From positions 96,001 to 160,000 of the IMG/VR virus record IMGVR_UViG_3300027709_000056: a DNA stretch of 64,000 nucleotides. The stretch is one strand, 5' to 3'. Source of the DNA: a virus. The notes below the pieces were generated by a model. The model made no database searches. It was not told where the DNA came from and worked only from the letters and a program-made list of their open reading frames with translations. Made by a program: the position numbers and the translations under genes. Shown in pieces: positions 19,468-29,114 of the stretch (its first letter is position 1; the number at the start of each line of letters is the position of its first letter).

Positions 19468-19495
19468 AGTATAACACAATATACTTAAATGTCAA
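19468..19495 (-). promoter_or_regulatory. sigma70-type promoter (extended -10)
   Basis: TTGACA-16 nt-TATACT with TG upstream of the -10. Confidence 0.6.
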
Positions 19496-19686
19496 GCATC
19501 ATTGTTTTCTAATTGTGCCAATTCGTCTTTGACCTTAAGTTTCATTTTTTTGTGTCTCTTTATTATTGCCTTTGTTTCCCAATTTCTATTGCCTTTTTCA
19601 TCTCGTTCTTCTTCCATTTGTTCAACTTTTCTATGTAAGTAGTCGAACTCTTTTTTAAGTCGTACCGCTTTTTTACTTTTGCTCAT
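19492..19686 (-). CDS. YdcH/DUF465-like small coiled-coil protein
   Basis: H..L..V..ME ... IKRHKKMKLKVKDEL pattern. Confidence 0.6.
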   Translation of the reverse strand: MSKSKKAVRLKKEFDYLHRKVEQMEEERDEKGNRNWETKAIIKRHKKMKLKVKDELAQLENNDA

Positions 19687-21214
19687 ACTCCAGTTCCTCT
19701 AGTTTGTGCTCTTGTTCTTCAGTGAACTCGTCATCTTCAACTAGTGGCGTTGTACCATCGGATACATCAAATAGTGAATTAAACTGAGCACTTGCATTCA
19801 CAGTTCGTTTGCCTGTCATACCTCTAGTTCCTATCACTGAAATCCAAAATTTATTAAATTCTTCTATTACTGCCATTGCAGTATCTTTACTATCTGTTGC
19901 AAATATAGCCTCTATAATATCTCTAAAGTAAACTCTATCAAAACGTTCATCAACTAGCATTTTTGGAATAACATTATTATCATATTGTCTGTTTGCTTCT
20001 TGTACTGCATTAATATGATGCCAAACATTATGTCCCATTTGAATTGCATAACTAAATGAATCCCAACTAGTTCTACCTTCTTTACCTATCTTATTTAGGT
20101 CACCTGGCTTATAACAACATACATCTGAAACTTTTAATCCATCCGTTATAGGTGAATTTTCAAAGTTTTTAAATACACCATCTTGTAATACTGCATCTTT
20201 AAATGAACGAGTATCTGTAGCATACTTTTTATCATCTATACTCGGTACCATTCGGTACACCCATTTAGATCTATCTTCTGTTTCTGTTTGAATATAAACT
20301 TGTCCATTTGCAGTTGCTAAGAAAGGACTTGCACAATCAAATGTAACTGTAAAGTTTGGATTATGATATTTACGAACTGCTCGTTGTACGTCAGTTAGTA
20401 AGGCCGCCCATTCAAGTTTAGATGTACCTAAGAAGTGCATGAAGTCATGTTTACCTGTTTCTAATAGTCCATCAAAACGTAATGCTACAAGTCTTTTTAA
20501 TACTAGGTGTATGTCACACATATTTTGACCACCCATTGACCAACCTTTAAAATGATCGCTATATTTTTTAGGATCACAATAGTCTTTCATTTGCTGATAC
20601 CAATCTTCTGCATCAGCATGGTTTTCGCCTTGTAAAACATTTAAGAATTTACAATTACCATTTTGTTCTTTCATAAAGTAATCGTTATTAATGCGTGTAG
20701 CATTAACGGCATCTTGATAATTGTCAATTCCTGTTGCTTTTGCTCCTGCTGGAGAACGTGATACCCAAGCTGGAATATCTAAAATCATTCCATAGTCCAT
20801 ATACTCATCCATCCAAGCAAGAACTTGTTCACGTTTCTTTTTAGCTTTAGGACAGTTAGGATCTTTCCAATCGCCTTCCCAAACACCTTTACCAATTTGG
20901 AAACCACCTGAGTCACCAAGTAGCCAACTATTCTTACGATCCCTGTTTCGAATCATATCTTCTTTAGGTGAATGTTTGTTTATATCTAGTTCGGCGTGTC
21001 CCGCACTATATAGACTCCAATGATATTTGAATAAACCCTTTTGTGGGTTTAACCAGTTCATACTTTCTACATCGTTCGGGAAGTTTGATGGTACTCTAGT
21101 TTTTTCAACATACTCTGCGTGTCGTTGCTTTCCTATATAAGTTGCAAAGAAGCCACTTATTGCTGGAAGGAATATTGCATAATCCTTTTGTGCAGTTGTT
21201 AAGTCTGTATTCAT
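19673..21214 (-). CDS. dpdA: TGT-fold guanine transglycosylase, DpdA-like (probable DNA 7-deazaguanine insertion)
   Basis: GDSGGFQ, MILD, VLQG, MGG, HFLG, TFDC (nucleophile Asp), GHN motifs; located in folE/queD/queE cluster. Confidence 0.8.
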   Translation of the reverse strand: MNTDLTTAQKDYAIFLPAISGFFATYIGKQRHAEYVEKTRVPSNFPNDVESMNWLNPQKGLFKYHWSLYSAGHAELDINKHSPKEDMIRNRDRKNSWLLGDSGGFQIGKGVWEGDWKDPNCPKAKKKREQVLAWMDEYMDYGMILDIPAWVSRSPAGAKATGIDNYQDAVNATRINNDYFMKEQNGNCKFLNVLQGENHADAEDWYQQMKDYCDPKKYSDHFKGWSMGGQNMCDIHLVLKRLVALRFDGLLETGKHDFMHFLGTSKLEWAALLTDVQRAVRKYHNPNFTVTFDCASPFLATANGQVYIQTETEDRSKWVYRMVPSIDDKKYATDTRSFKDAVLQDGVFKNFENSPITDGLKVSDVCCYKPGDLNKIGKEGRTSWDSFSYAIQMGHNVWHHINAVQEANRQYDNNVIPKMLVDERFDRVYFRDIIEAIFATDSKDTAMAVIEEFNKFWISVIGTRGMTGKRTVNASAQFNSLFDVSDGTTPLVEDDEFTEEQEHKLEELEYEQK

Positions 21215-21217
21215 TTG

Positions 21218-21760
21218 TTACCCCAAATGTTCAATTGCCTCATAGCCAAACCATAAAGCAAATATAAGAAACGTATATCTTGTAATTGAAAATAGTGTTT
21301 GTGTTTTAATGTGTTTTCTTATTAACGGAAAAGCACCAAATACTAATGCAATGGCAAGTCCTGCCCCTAACCATCCATCGCTTGTATTGTTTACTGATTG
21401 AAACATAAAAATAAATATTTCCATAAATTCTCTAGCAAAAATAAAGAATATTGTAAACATTCCTACAAGCAAACCTGTTTGTCCACTTTTAATATAGCTG
21501 ACGTGTTGTTTAATATGCGCCGCCATATTCTTACTATTAAAGAACAAATAAAACATTAATAAAGAAAGTAATGCATACATACCTACTTCGTATGCCTCTA
21601 ATGCTTCACCTAAAAAGATTCCAGATGCTAATCCTGTTAGTAATCCTATAAAAGCTGGTACATATACTTTCCAATTTAAACCTATAGCTGTAGAAACCAT
21701 GACAGTTAAAAACATCATTTCTAAAGCCTCACGCCCTACATAAACAAAACTTGCTAACAT
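21218..21760 (-). CDS. FTR1/EfeU-family iron permease (short form)
   Basis: Two RExxE motifs (GREALE, AREFME) in a multi-TM protein. Confidence 0.8.
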   Translation of the reverse strand: MLASFVYVGREALEMMFLTVMVSTAIGLNWKVYVPAFIGLLTGLASGIFLGEALEAYEVGMYALLSLLMFYLFFNSKNMAAHIKQHVSYIKSGQTGLLVGMFTIFFIFAREFMEIFIFMFQSVNNTSDGWLGAGLAIALVFGAFPLIRKHIKTQTLFSITRYTFLIFALWFGYEAIEHLG

Positions 21761-22494
21761 TATTTGCTCTGTGCAGGTAAAATATAATTGTAATCAGTTA
21801 GTCCTGAATCTACACTGATTTGCATAGCCCCTTGATCTGAAATCTTCATAGTTAGTTTTCCATCAAGACTTAATATAGCTTGGACTTGTGCTACAGGCCA
21901 ACTCCACGAATGTTTTAATTCGGTTTCAATTCCTGTATGTTGAAATACAAATGATCCTGCGTGTGTTGAATGATCACCAAAGTAAAATACTAATGTATTG
22001 TTTTCTGTTTTAACTGTAAAAACAGTTTCTTCGGCGTGTGCGGCACTTTGTAATTTCATTCTGTTAATTGATGCCATTGTTGGTTCAAATTCAACTTCCC
22101 AAGTTGCACCTTTAAATTTAACAGACTTTAATTTTTCATTAATAATTTCGCTATTCATAAAACGATAATCATTTTGGAAATCTCCTGCTTCATTTTCAAA
22201 GTGAATATGTGTTGGAATAGTTACTCCGTTTCTATCTGCTTTTTCTACAGATAGTTTTGCATTTTTCTGATATTCAGGATTTTTTAAATGCAAAGCTAAC
22301 TTATCTAAGTTTGGCATACCAAATGTTTCTTTAAATTCTGAAACAGGATTTTTTGCTGTTGCTGTAAGAATTACAGAACGATCCTCAGCCATACTCTCAA
22401 TAGTAGTACTTTGATCGTCACCTGTAACCTTAACTAGATTTAAAAAGCCTAGCGAATGTGTATGGGCAACGATATCTTGTAAGATGTCTTTCAT
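21760..22494 (-). CDS. Putative DNA polymerase sliding clamp (gp45/PCNA-like)
   Basis: 244 aa, two-domain beta/alpha pattern, C-terminal YNYILPA; replication context. Confidence 0.55.
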   Translation of the reverse strand: MKDILQDIVAHTHSLGFLNLVKVTGDDQSTTIESMAEDRSVILTATAKNPVSEFKETFGMPNLDKLALHLKNPEYQKNAKLSVEKADRNGVTIPTHIHFENEAGDFQNDYRFMNSEIINEKLKSVKFKGATWEVEFEPTMASINRMKLQSAAHAEETVFTVKTENNTLVFYFGDHSTHAGSFVFQHTGIETELKHSWSWPVAQVQAILSLDGKLTMKISDQGAMQISVDSGLTDYNYILPAQSK

Positions 22495-22517
22495 ACGATT
22501 TTCTCCATTAAGTGTTT

Positions 22518-22546
22518 ATTATACGTGTCTTTTATTATAAAGTCAA
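22518..22546 (-). promoter_or_regulatory. sigma70-type promoter
   Basis: TTGACT-17 nt-TATAAT upstream of 22494. Confidence 0.8.
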
Positions 22547-23313
22547 GCATTTTTTTGTAGTCCTCGCTCATTAAAATACTCAAATATATCGAGCGTAGGT
22601 TTCCAGCCAGACTTTTTTAATATTGAAATGTCTGCTTGATTATCAGTTCGTTCGTGTTTATCTCCGATTTTTAATTTAGGATATAAACCCAAATGGTCTG
22701 TAATATCTTTTAGTTTGTGTGATTTTCCTGTGCCCAAATCGATTACACCTGTTAATCGTTTGTCCATTAAATGAATTAGTGCGTCACAAATATCGCTAAC
22801 GTGGATAAAATCTCGTTTATGGTTGTTGTTTATAAAATCAATTTCTCGTCTTAGAAGTTTTGGTATAAACATATCTGGCCTAGGTTCTTGGTCTCCATTG
22901 TATATAGTCGTAAATCGCAGGCCTAAAGCTCTTCGTGGCGCAACACGTTCAATTGTATGTTTTGATAACGCATATGGATTTCTCCAAGGTTCTTTTGCAG
23001 TACTTGAACTTGCATATATAATTCTTGCTTTTGGAAATGCTTTAAATAATCTCTTTGATGCTAGTACATTATGTTCCCAATATTCTTTTGGGTGTGTAAG
23101 ACTTCTTCTGACACCGCTCTTTCCTGCTAAATGAAATATTACATCTACATCATAATCTAAATCACAATCTCTAAGATCTTGACCATCTAAAATATCAAGC
23201 GTATGAATTTCATGATCATATAACAATCTTATTCTTAATTCTGAGCCAACCATTCCTTGGCTACCAGTTATTAATATTTTTTTTGAATGACGATCACGCA
23301 CCATATTCTTCAT
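22543..23313 (-). CDS. NAD-dependent epimerase/dehydratase (extended SDR)
   Basis: ITGSQGMVG, HLAG, ASSS, YALSK, RDFIHVSD. Confidence 0.9.
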   Translation of the reverse strand: MKNMVRDRHSKKILITGSQGMVGSELRIRLLYDHEIHTLDILDGQDLRDCDLDYDVDVIFHLAGKSGVRRSLTHPKEYWEHNVLASKRLFKAFPKARIIYASSSTAKEPWRNPYALSKHTIERVAPRRALGLRFTTIYNGDQEPRPDMFIPKLLRREIDFINNNHKRDFIHVSDICDALIHLMDKRLTGVIDLGTGKSHKLKDITDHLGLYPKLKIGDKHERTDNQADISILKKSGWKPTLDIFEYFNERGLQKNA

Positions 23314-24250
23314 CTAATTTCGAAATGTCAAATGAGTTTTCAATATGACCTTTAGCTTTCCAATAGTCGCCGGCTCTTTCCCATTCAGCTTTAAAGTCAT
23401 TTACTACATCTAGATCTGATACGTCTTGACAATTTTTTTTATTAAGTAAACTTGTTTTAATATAAAGTTCTATTTGTGTATGTTTTAATAGCTTTATTAC
23501 ACCAAGTCTACGTTTATGTATACATTCGCCCCAATCTAATCCAGTAATAAGCCACTTACCATAATTTAATCCTTTATCATTAAATTCTTCTAACGTTGTT
23601 ATATGGTGTGTGTGTTCAACTGTGTTTATACTGTATAGTATAGGATGTAACGGTCTATCTTCACCGTGTCCGTCATATGTTGCAAAAACAATATGCGTTG
23701 GTGGACGTTTTGTAAAAAATTGTTGTAAACGATTATAAAGATTTACAGAGTTTGGACTATGCTTATTGGTCCAGTCGCCACCCCAACAATCTATTACAAT
23801 TGCACCATCAAATGCAATAGTTATACTTTTATTAAGAACATTGTTAGTAAGAACTCTTTGTCTTAAATCTGTACTAGAAAATCTATGATTACGTTTATTA
23901 TAATAATGTTCTATGCCTAAACGTTCGCCTACTTCTTTACCACTAAAGTTTTTACCTTCATATTCAACACCTAGTATACGTACATGAATACCATTCCTTA
24001 AATTAAGGATATCATCTATATCCCTTTCTTTAACATAAGGAATAATTTCATCAACATAACGTACACCTTTTAATTGCGTGTATCGTTCAACTATAGTTTG
24101 AACAGGTTTATTTTTTTCTGGTCTATCAATTGTTGGATCAACTTGTATTCCAGCAATAAGATAATCACATTGTTCTTTTGCTTCACGCAACATAGCAATA
24201 TGTCCTGCGTGTAGTAAATCAAATGTACTAAATGTTATACCAACTCTCAT
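23294..24250 (-). CDS. Glycerol-3-phosphate cytidylyltransferase-like domain fused to a C-terminal isochorismatase-like domain
   Basis: TFDLLHAGH and FSSTDLR for the TagD domain; AIVIDCW and LITGLDWGECI for the C-terminal domain. Confidence 0.75.
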   Translation of the reverse strand: MRVGITFSTFDLLHAGHIAMLREAKEQCDYLIAGIQVDPTIDRPEKNKPVQTIVERYTQLKGVRYVDEIIPYVKERDIDDILNLRNGIHVRILGVEYEGKNFSGKEVGERLGIEHYYNKRNHRFSSTDLRQRVLTNNVLNKSITIAFDGAIVIDCWGGDWTNKHSPNSVNLYNRLQQFFTKRPPTHIVFATYDGHGEDRPLHPILYSINTVEHTHHITTLEEFNDKGLNYGKWLITGLDWGECIHKRRLGVIKLLKHTQIELYIKTSLLNKKNCQDVSDLDVVNDFKAEWERAGDYWKAKGHIENSFDISKLDEEYGA

Positions 24251-25128
24251 TCTATAAACCTATTTGTTAGTTCTGTTACTAATTCATATTTGTTTGCAAC
24301 ATTAGATAAATCTTCGCCATCTCTAAAAGATTGTTTGTCTAATTGTTTGTTAGGATCACCATCTGGCCAAATACGCCAGCTATCATTGTCAACAACATCA
24401 GATAGTACTAAAAGATTGTCTTTAGTTCTCCATCCTAATTCAAATTTTATATCTACAAGATGTATATCAGAAATATTTCTCCAACTTCTTTCTATAGCTT
24501 CAAAGGCAGGAAGAACAATTTTAAAAATTGCACTATCTAATTCTCGATCGTTAAGTAAAATTCCAGTATTCATTAGAGGTTGACCCTGAATAGGATCTTT
24601 TGCAGAATACAATTCCCATCCGTTTCCAATTTTAATATATGGATCTGTATATACACCGTCGGCCCATTTACCTTCTACTAAATATTTTTCTCTAGCTTCA
24701 TTTTCATCCATCTGCATAGGTTCATGTACATTAGGTGGCATTACAACAGAATGTTTATGAAATATTTCCCATACAGGTTCTGCAAAGTTCCAAGGGCCAC
24801 CTGGTCTCGTTGCAAATCCTGGGTTGCGTTTTAAGTAACTGCCATAAGCATAACGTCTAACAACAAACTCAAGTGGCAACATATCGCATTCGTTGTGTAG
24901 CATTGTACTTGGGTCTGTTTGTTTAATAAAAGATGTAGGCACATCATTTTCTTCAAGCATTTTAAATACATTTGATGCTTGTTTTGTTTTTTGTATTCCT
25001 ATATCAGTAAGTTCTTCTTTTTGAGCGGCATCACCGCCTGTCAAAAAATCTTTTGCTATCATATTAACTGTAAAGGGTTCATCACCCTTTTGAATTAATT
25101 TTGTTTTACCTTCAATTAAGGTAGTCAT
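24247..25128 (-). CDS. purC: SAICAR synthetase
   Basis: EGKTK, PLEFVVRRYAYGS, VDIKFELG, DVVDNDSWRIW, DKQSFR. Confidence 0.92.
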   Translation of the reverse strand: MTTLIEGKTKLIQKGDEPFTVNMIAKDFLTGGDAAQKEELTDIGIQKTKQASNVFKMLEENDVPTSFIKQTDPSTMLHNECDMLPLEFVVRRYAYGSYLKRNPGFATRPGGPWNFAEPVWEIFHKHSVVMPPNVHEPMQMDENEAREKYLVEGKWADGVYTDPYIKIGNGWELYSAKDPIQGQPLMNTGILLNDRELDSAIFKIVLPAFEAIERSWRNISDIHLVDIKFELGWRTKDNLLVLSDVVDNDSWRIWPDGDPNKQLDKQSFRDGEDLSNVANKYELVTELTNRFIE

Positions 25129-25912
25129 TTAATTTTCTCGCTCCATAAGATATCATATAATCCGCACCAGCTCTTTTAAACACATGGTACGTTTCTACTA
25201 ATTGTTCAGGTGTATCTATACCTAAGTATTCACCTGAGGTTTGGAATGCACCACAGGCTTTTCCTGTGATTTGTTTTATAGGTTCTATTAAATCTATACT
25301 AGTCATACCTGGTTTAACCATTAATTCATTTGCACCATCATCTGCATATTTTGTTGAACGTATTATAGCACCAGTTCTATCAGAAACATCTAATTGATAA
25401 GGTCTTACTATACCTTTTTTTATTCCCATTACATTACGCCAACCACTATAAAAACTAGATCTAAATTTTGTACTATAACTCATTACAGGAATATCTGGGT
25501 TTTTATTTTTAATATTTTTAACAGTATTTGGTTGACAATCACTAGGAGCAATTGTGGCCCCAGAAGCATTGTATATTTCTACTGCTTGTTCTAATAATAG
25601 TTCGTCTGTTTTATCTTGATCACCTGTAACGCAACAATGTCCATCATATGTATATGCACATAAGCATATATCTACATTTAGTTTAATATCAAGTTTAGCA
25701 AGAGCTCGTGCGGTCTGTGATACTAAAACAAAGTTATCTTCTTCCTTTAATTTATAATCTGGAATATAAAATAGTAAAAATTCTTTAACTCCTAAATCAA
25801 TATCTTTCTTAACTCGTTCAATAGTATCTATATGACCAAAAACTTTGTTATCTTCACCTAGTCCTGACTCATGTGTAGTAGGACTAGAAAATAGTGTTTG
25901 TATTACTCTCAT
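25112..25912 (-). CDS. hemB: Porphobilinogen synthase (ALA dehydratase), shortened Zn-type
   Basis: DICLCAYTYDGHC Zn triad, APSD, YSTKF and MVKPG Schiff-base lysines, FQTSGEY, AGAD. Confidence 0.9.
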   Translation of the reverse strand: MRVIQTLFSSPTTHESGLGEDNKVFGHIDTIERVKKDIDLGVKEFLLFYIPDYKLKEEDNFVLVSQTARALAKLDIKLNVDICLCAYTYDGHCCVTGDQDKTDELLLEQAVEIYNASGATIAPSDCQPNTVKNIKNKNPDIPVMSYSTKFRSSFYSGWRNVMGIKKGIVRPYQLDVSDRTGAIIRSTKYADDGANELMVKPGMTSIDLIEPIKQITGKACGAFQTSGEYLGIDTPEQLVETYHVFKRAGADYMISYGARKLNDYLN

Positions 25913-26439
25913 CGTGTTATTCCGAAGTGTTTATACGTTTGCTGTACGCATTTAGCTTGATAGTAAGAGTCTGCTAAGGCGTTGTGTGCGTCGCTCTGTA
26001 TAGCTTTACGAGGGTCTTTAGGCATCATACTAAACAATGTACGGCTATCACGTATTTGCCAGAAGTTCCAAGGTACTGGTTTACCCAGTTGTTCATATAA
26101 GTGTTCTAACATACCAAAATCAAATAAAGGACCTTGACACCATAAGTAATCTAAACCAACACACCATTTATTTAGGCGTTTGGTTAATTCATTCAGGCCA
26201 ACTCTGTCTTCATCACCTAGAGCTTCATCTCTAATACTTGCTTTTTGTTTGCCCCACCAGTTTAATGTATCTTGATCGATTGTACGACCTAGTTCCGTTT
26301 GGTCGTCTACATTAATACGTAGGTATAATCCATCATGTGGATCAACGTCTGTATATGGATCAAACTTAATTGCTCCGAGTGTTAGTATAGCGGAATTAGG
26401 TTTAACTCCTAATGTTTCTAAGTCTATCATTCCGTGCAT
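25909..26439 (-). CDS. DEDDh 3'-5' exonuclease (Rv2179c/DUF5051-like)
   Basis: IDLETLG, WCQG..FD, HNALADS. Confidence 0.85.
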   Translation of the reverse strand: MHGMIDLETLGVKPNSAILTLGAIKFDPYTDVDPHDGLYLRINVDDQTELGRTIDQDTLNWWGKQKASIRDEALGDEDRVGLNELTKRLNKWCVGLDYLWCQGPLFDFGMLEHLYEQLGKPVPWNFWQIRDSRTLFSMMPKDPRKAIQSDAHNALADSYYQAKCVQQTYKHFGITR

Positions 26440-29114
26440 TATTCTTCTCCTCCTCCAAAATCAAATAGTGATTGAAATGTATTATGTTGGAGTGTACTTG
26501 CTATATCCCAGTTTAATACGCCAATTAAGTTGCCTAGTTTATTATCAATAATAGTTTCTTCCATAGCTTCGTTATCAAATGGAAGTTCTTTAAACCAATC
26601 AGGTAAACGTAATTCATCTGTTGGATATGCAACACTTGTATACCCTAATGGATTTTGTTTTAGTTTACAAACAATAACTTTCATACCATCTACAATTGTT
26701 TGACTATACTTGTCGCCATTCATACGTTTTAATGTATTCCAGTTAATACTTGCTCGAACGTGTCCGGGCATATTTGCCTTACCTGCTTTTTCTTCTTTTT
26801 TTCTATATTCTGTAACTTTATTAGCACGTTTAGGAGATCCTTTTTCATATCCAGGACGTAACTTAAAGTCTTTTCTAAATGCTGTAATACGTTCTAATAC
26901 TTCAGCTTCTGGTTTGTCAGTTAATACCATAAGCAATAACTCACTTAAAAAGTTTTGCATAAACTCTGGTGTATCAGAACGTTTTAAATCAAGACCCATA
27001 GCTTTTACTTTACCTGGGCCATCAATATCTTTGCGTGTACCTTCGTCATCATATATTAATGTCGCATAACGTTTCTTTGTAATATACAATCCGTTTTCTG
27101 CAACCATTTCTCTACCTGCTTGAATTACATCTGCACGAGATTTCGGACAATGAAATGCTTTACCCATAAAGTCAATAAATGTTTTATTAACTTCTTCTGC
27201 TACTTGGTCATATAATTTAATAACACTTTCTTTAGTCCAAGGTATTGCTCCAGATTCTATTTCTTTTTTCAAAATTGGAAATGCTGAAAAGTATACAGAG
27301 TCTGTATCACCATAAATTACAGAGTCACCAACATGATCATATGTGCCTGTAATAACTTTATTAGATTCTGCCGCCATATGTTTTGCAATTTGTCTACCTG
27401 TTAATGTAGTTGATTGTCCAAGACGTTTATCAAAGAATCTGCAACCAGGATTTAAAAGTGCTCCATATAAACTGTTTAAATTAATTTTTTTAACAAGTTG
27501 TCGTTTATCCCAATATTCGATTTCAATTTTATTGCTGGCATCAATTGCTTTTTGTTTCATTTCTTGCAGTTCTTTACGTTCTGCATACCAACGTTTTAAT
27601 AATCCTGGAATAACACCATCAAACTCAGTTGTTAAAATTGTTCCATTAGCTGTTAACATCCAAGGCTTACGACTATCAAATATTATTTTATAAACTTCTG
27701 CCGCACTCATTATTTCTGGATCTCCACCTTCCCAATCAATTGTAATGTCAAAATCTTTACGTTTTTCCATTACAGCTTCATATTCAAGTGTTCCAAAATG
27801 ACCTTCCCAAGCACCTGCAAAAGATTTTTTCTGTAAAGTCATTGCTTCATTAACCATTGCATCTGTGTCAACTGGTCTTAGTTGTCCTACAATAGTTGCT
27901 GGGTCCATATTCAATGCTCTAATAACAGATGGATACAGAGAATTTAAGTCCATTGACCCAATCCACTTGTGTAATCCTTTTTTAGGAAATGCAACATAGG
28001 CTCCTGCCGCAGTTGCAGTTTCACGATCGTGTTTAACTCTATTAGGTACTTGTAATCCTCTACCGTGTGCTTCATTAATAATTGCTTGTTCTGTAACTGC
28101 TACTGCACCCATTGTAGTTTGCAGTAATACAGTATTTGCGTGTGCTAGTTCATTACTAAGATCAATAAACTTTAATTTCTTATCTAGTTTATCTAATAAT
28201 GCAACGTCTTGTCTATTATATTCAATAAAGGTTTTAAAATCGTTTTTATAAAGTTCATCTAATGTACCTTCATAAACAGTTTTCTTTTCACCTATCTCAG
28301 CTTCACCAATTGCATCTAATCTATAAGAATGTGTTTCTGAATATGTATATTTTCTATACAACTCTAAACTATCTAAATGTACACGACCTACTAAATCGTA
28401 TGTTTCAAGTTTACGACCATACTTTTCATATTCACGTTTCTTTGGAAGTTGTTTCCAAAGACAAAATCGTCTTGTATCGTCTTTGCTTAATATTTTAGAT
28501 ACTCTATTAATTGTATAAGGAATATCATAACCTTCTGAGTTCCAACCACTTAAAATGTCAGCATCTTCAATTAAATCAAGAAATGTTTTTAACATCTCTT
28601 CTTCTTTTTCAAATAAATGTGTATTCGGAAAGTCTTTAGTTTGCTCTTTTGCTTCTTCCATTGTAATTGTTTTCGGCGGAACTGCTAAAGTAACAAGTGT
28701 ATCCAGCCATTGTAAATGTACACTAATTGCAGTTATTGGCATAAATGGATCTGATGGATCAGCAAAACCACGTTCAGGATCAAAGTCTGTTTCAATATCC
28801 CAAAATGCTACGTTAAGTTTCGGAGCATCATGATTAAGATAATGTTCGCTTAAACATTGAAAGATAGGATTAACATCACTTTCAAATAATTGCTTTGTAT
28901 TATTGATAGCGAGTTCTTTACGGAAGTCTTTAGTTGACTTAGATACTATTCTATTTAAAGGATCACCATAAATGCTTTTATGTTTACCGCGAGGGTCTTT
29001 ATAATAAAATGTATATTTTATAGGATATTCTGTAAAATGGCGTTTGCCTTCTTTACGTTCAACAACACGAATTATATCTGCTGTTCTATCAAATAAAGCA
29101 TCTACGTAACTCAT
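26439..29114 (-). CDS. Family B DNA polymerase (T4 gp43-like)
   Basis: DIETD exonuclease; DLNSLYPS, KINLNSLYG, YGDTDS polymerase motifs; uninterrupted. Confidence 0.97.
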   Translation of the reverse strand: MSYVDALFDRTADIIRVVERKEGKRHFTEYPIKYTFYYKDPRGKHKSIYGDPLNRIVSKSTKDFRKELAINNTKQLFESDVNPIFQCLSEHYLNHDAPKLNVAFWDIETDFDPERGFADPSDPFMPITAISVHLQWLDTLVTLAVPPKTITMEEAKEQTKDFPNTHLFEKEEEMLKTFLDLIEDADILSGWNSEGYDIPYTINRVSKILSKDDTRRFCLWKQLPKKREYEKYGRKLETYDLVGRVHLDSLELYRKYTYSETHSYRLDAIGEAEIGEKKTVYEGTLDELYKNDFKTFIEYNRQDVALLDKLDKKLKFIDLSNELAHANTVLLQTTMGAVAVTEQAIINEAHGRGLQVPNRVKHDRETATAAGAYVAFPKKGLHKWIGSMDLNSLYPSVIRALNMDPATIVGQLRPVDTDAMVNEAMTLQKKSFAGAWEGHFGTLEYEAVMEKRKDFDITIDWEGGDPEIMSAAEVYKIIFDSRKPWMLTANGTILTTEFDGVIPGLLKRWYAERKELQEMKQKAIDASNKIEIEYWDKRQLVKKINLNSLYGALLNPGCRFFDKRLGQSTTLTGRQIAKHMAAESNKVITGTYDHVGDSVIYGDTDSVYFSAFPILKKEIESGAIPWTKESVIKLYDQVAEEVNKTFIDFMGKAFHCPKSRADVIQAGREMVAENGLYITKKRYATLIYDDEGTRKDIDGPGKVKAMGLDLKRSDTPEFMQNFLSELLLMVLTDKPEAEVLERITAFRKDFKLRPGYEKGSPKRANKVTEYRKKEEKAGKANMPGHVRASINWNTLKRMNGDKYSQTIVDGMKVIVCKLKQNPLGYTSVAYPTDELRLPDWFKELPFDNEAMEETIIDNKLGNLIGVLNWDIASTLQHNTFQSLFDFGGGEE

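Noticed and set aside
26439-29114. Intein or intron in DNA polymerase
   Set aside because: Length and motif spacing are normal for gp43-like enzymes; no splicing or homing-endonuclease motifs
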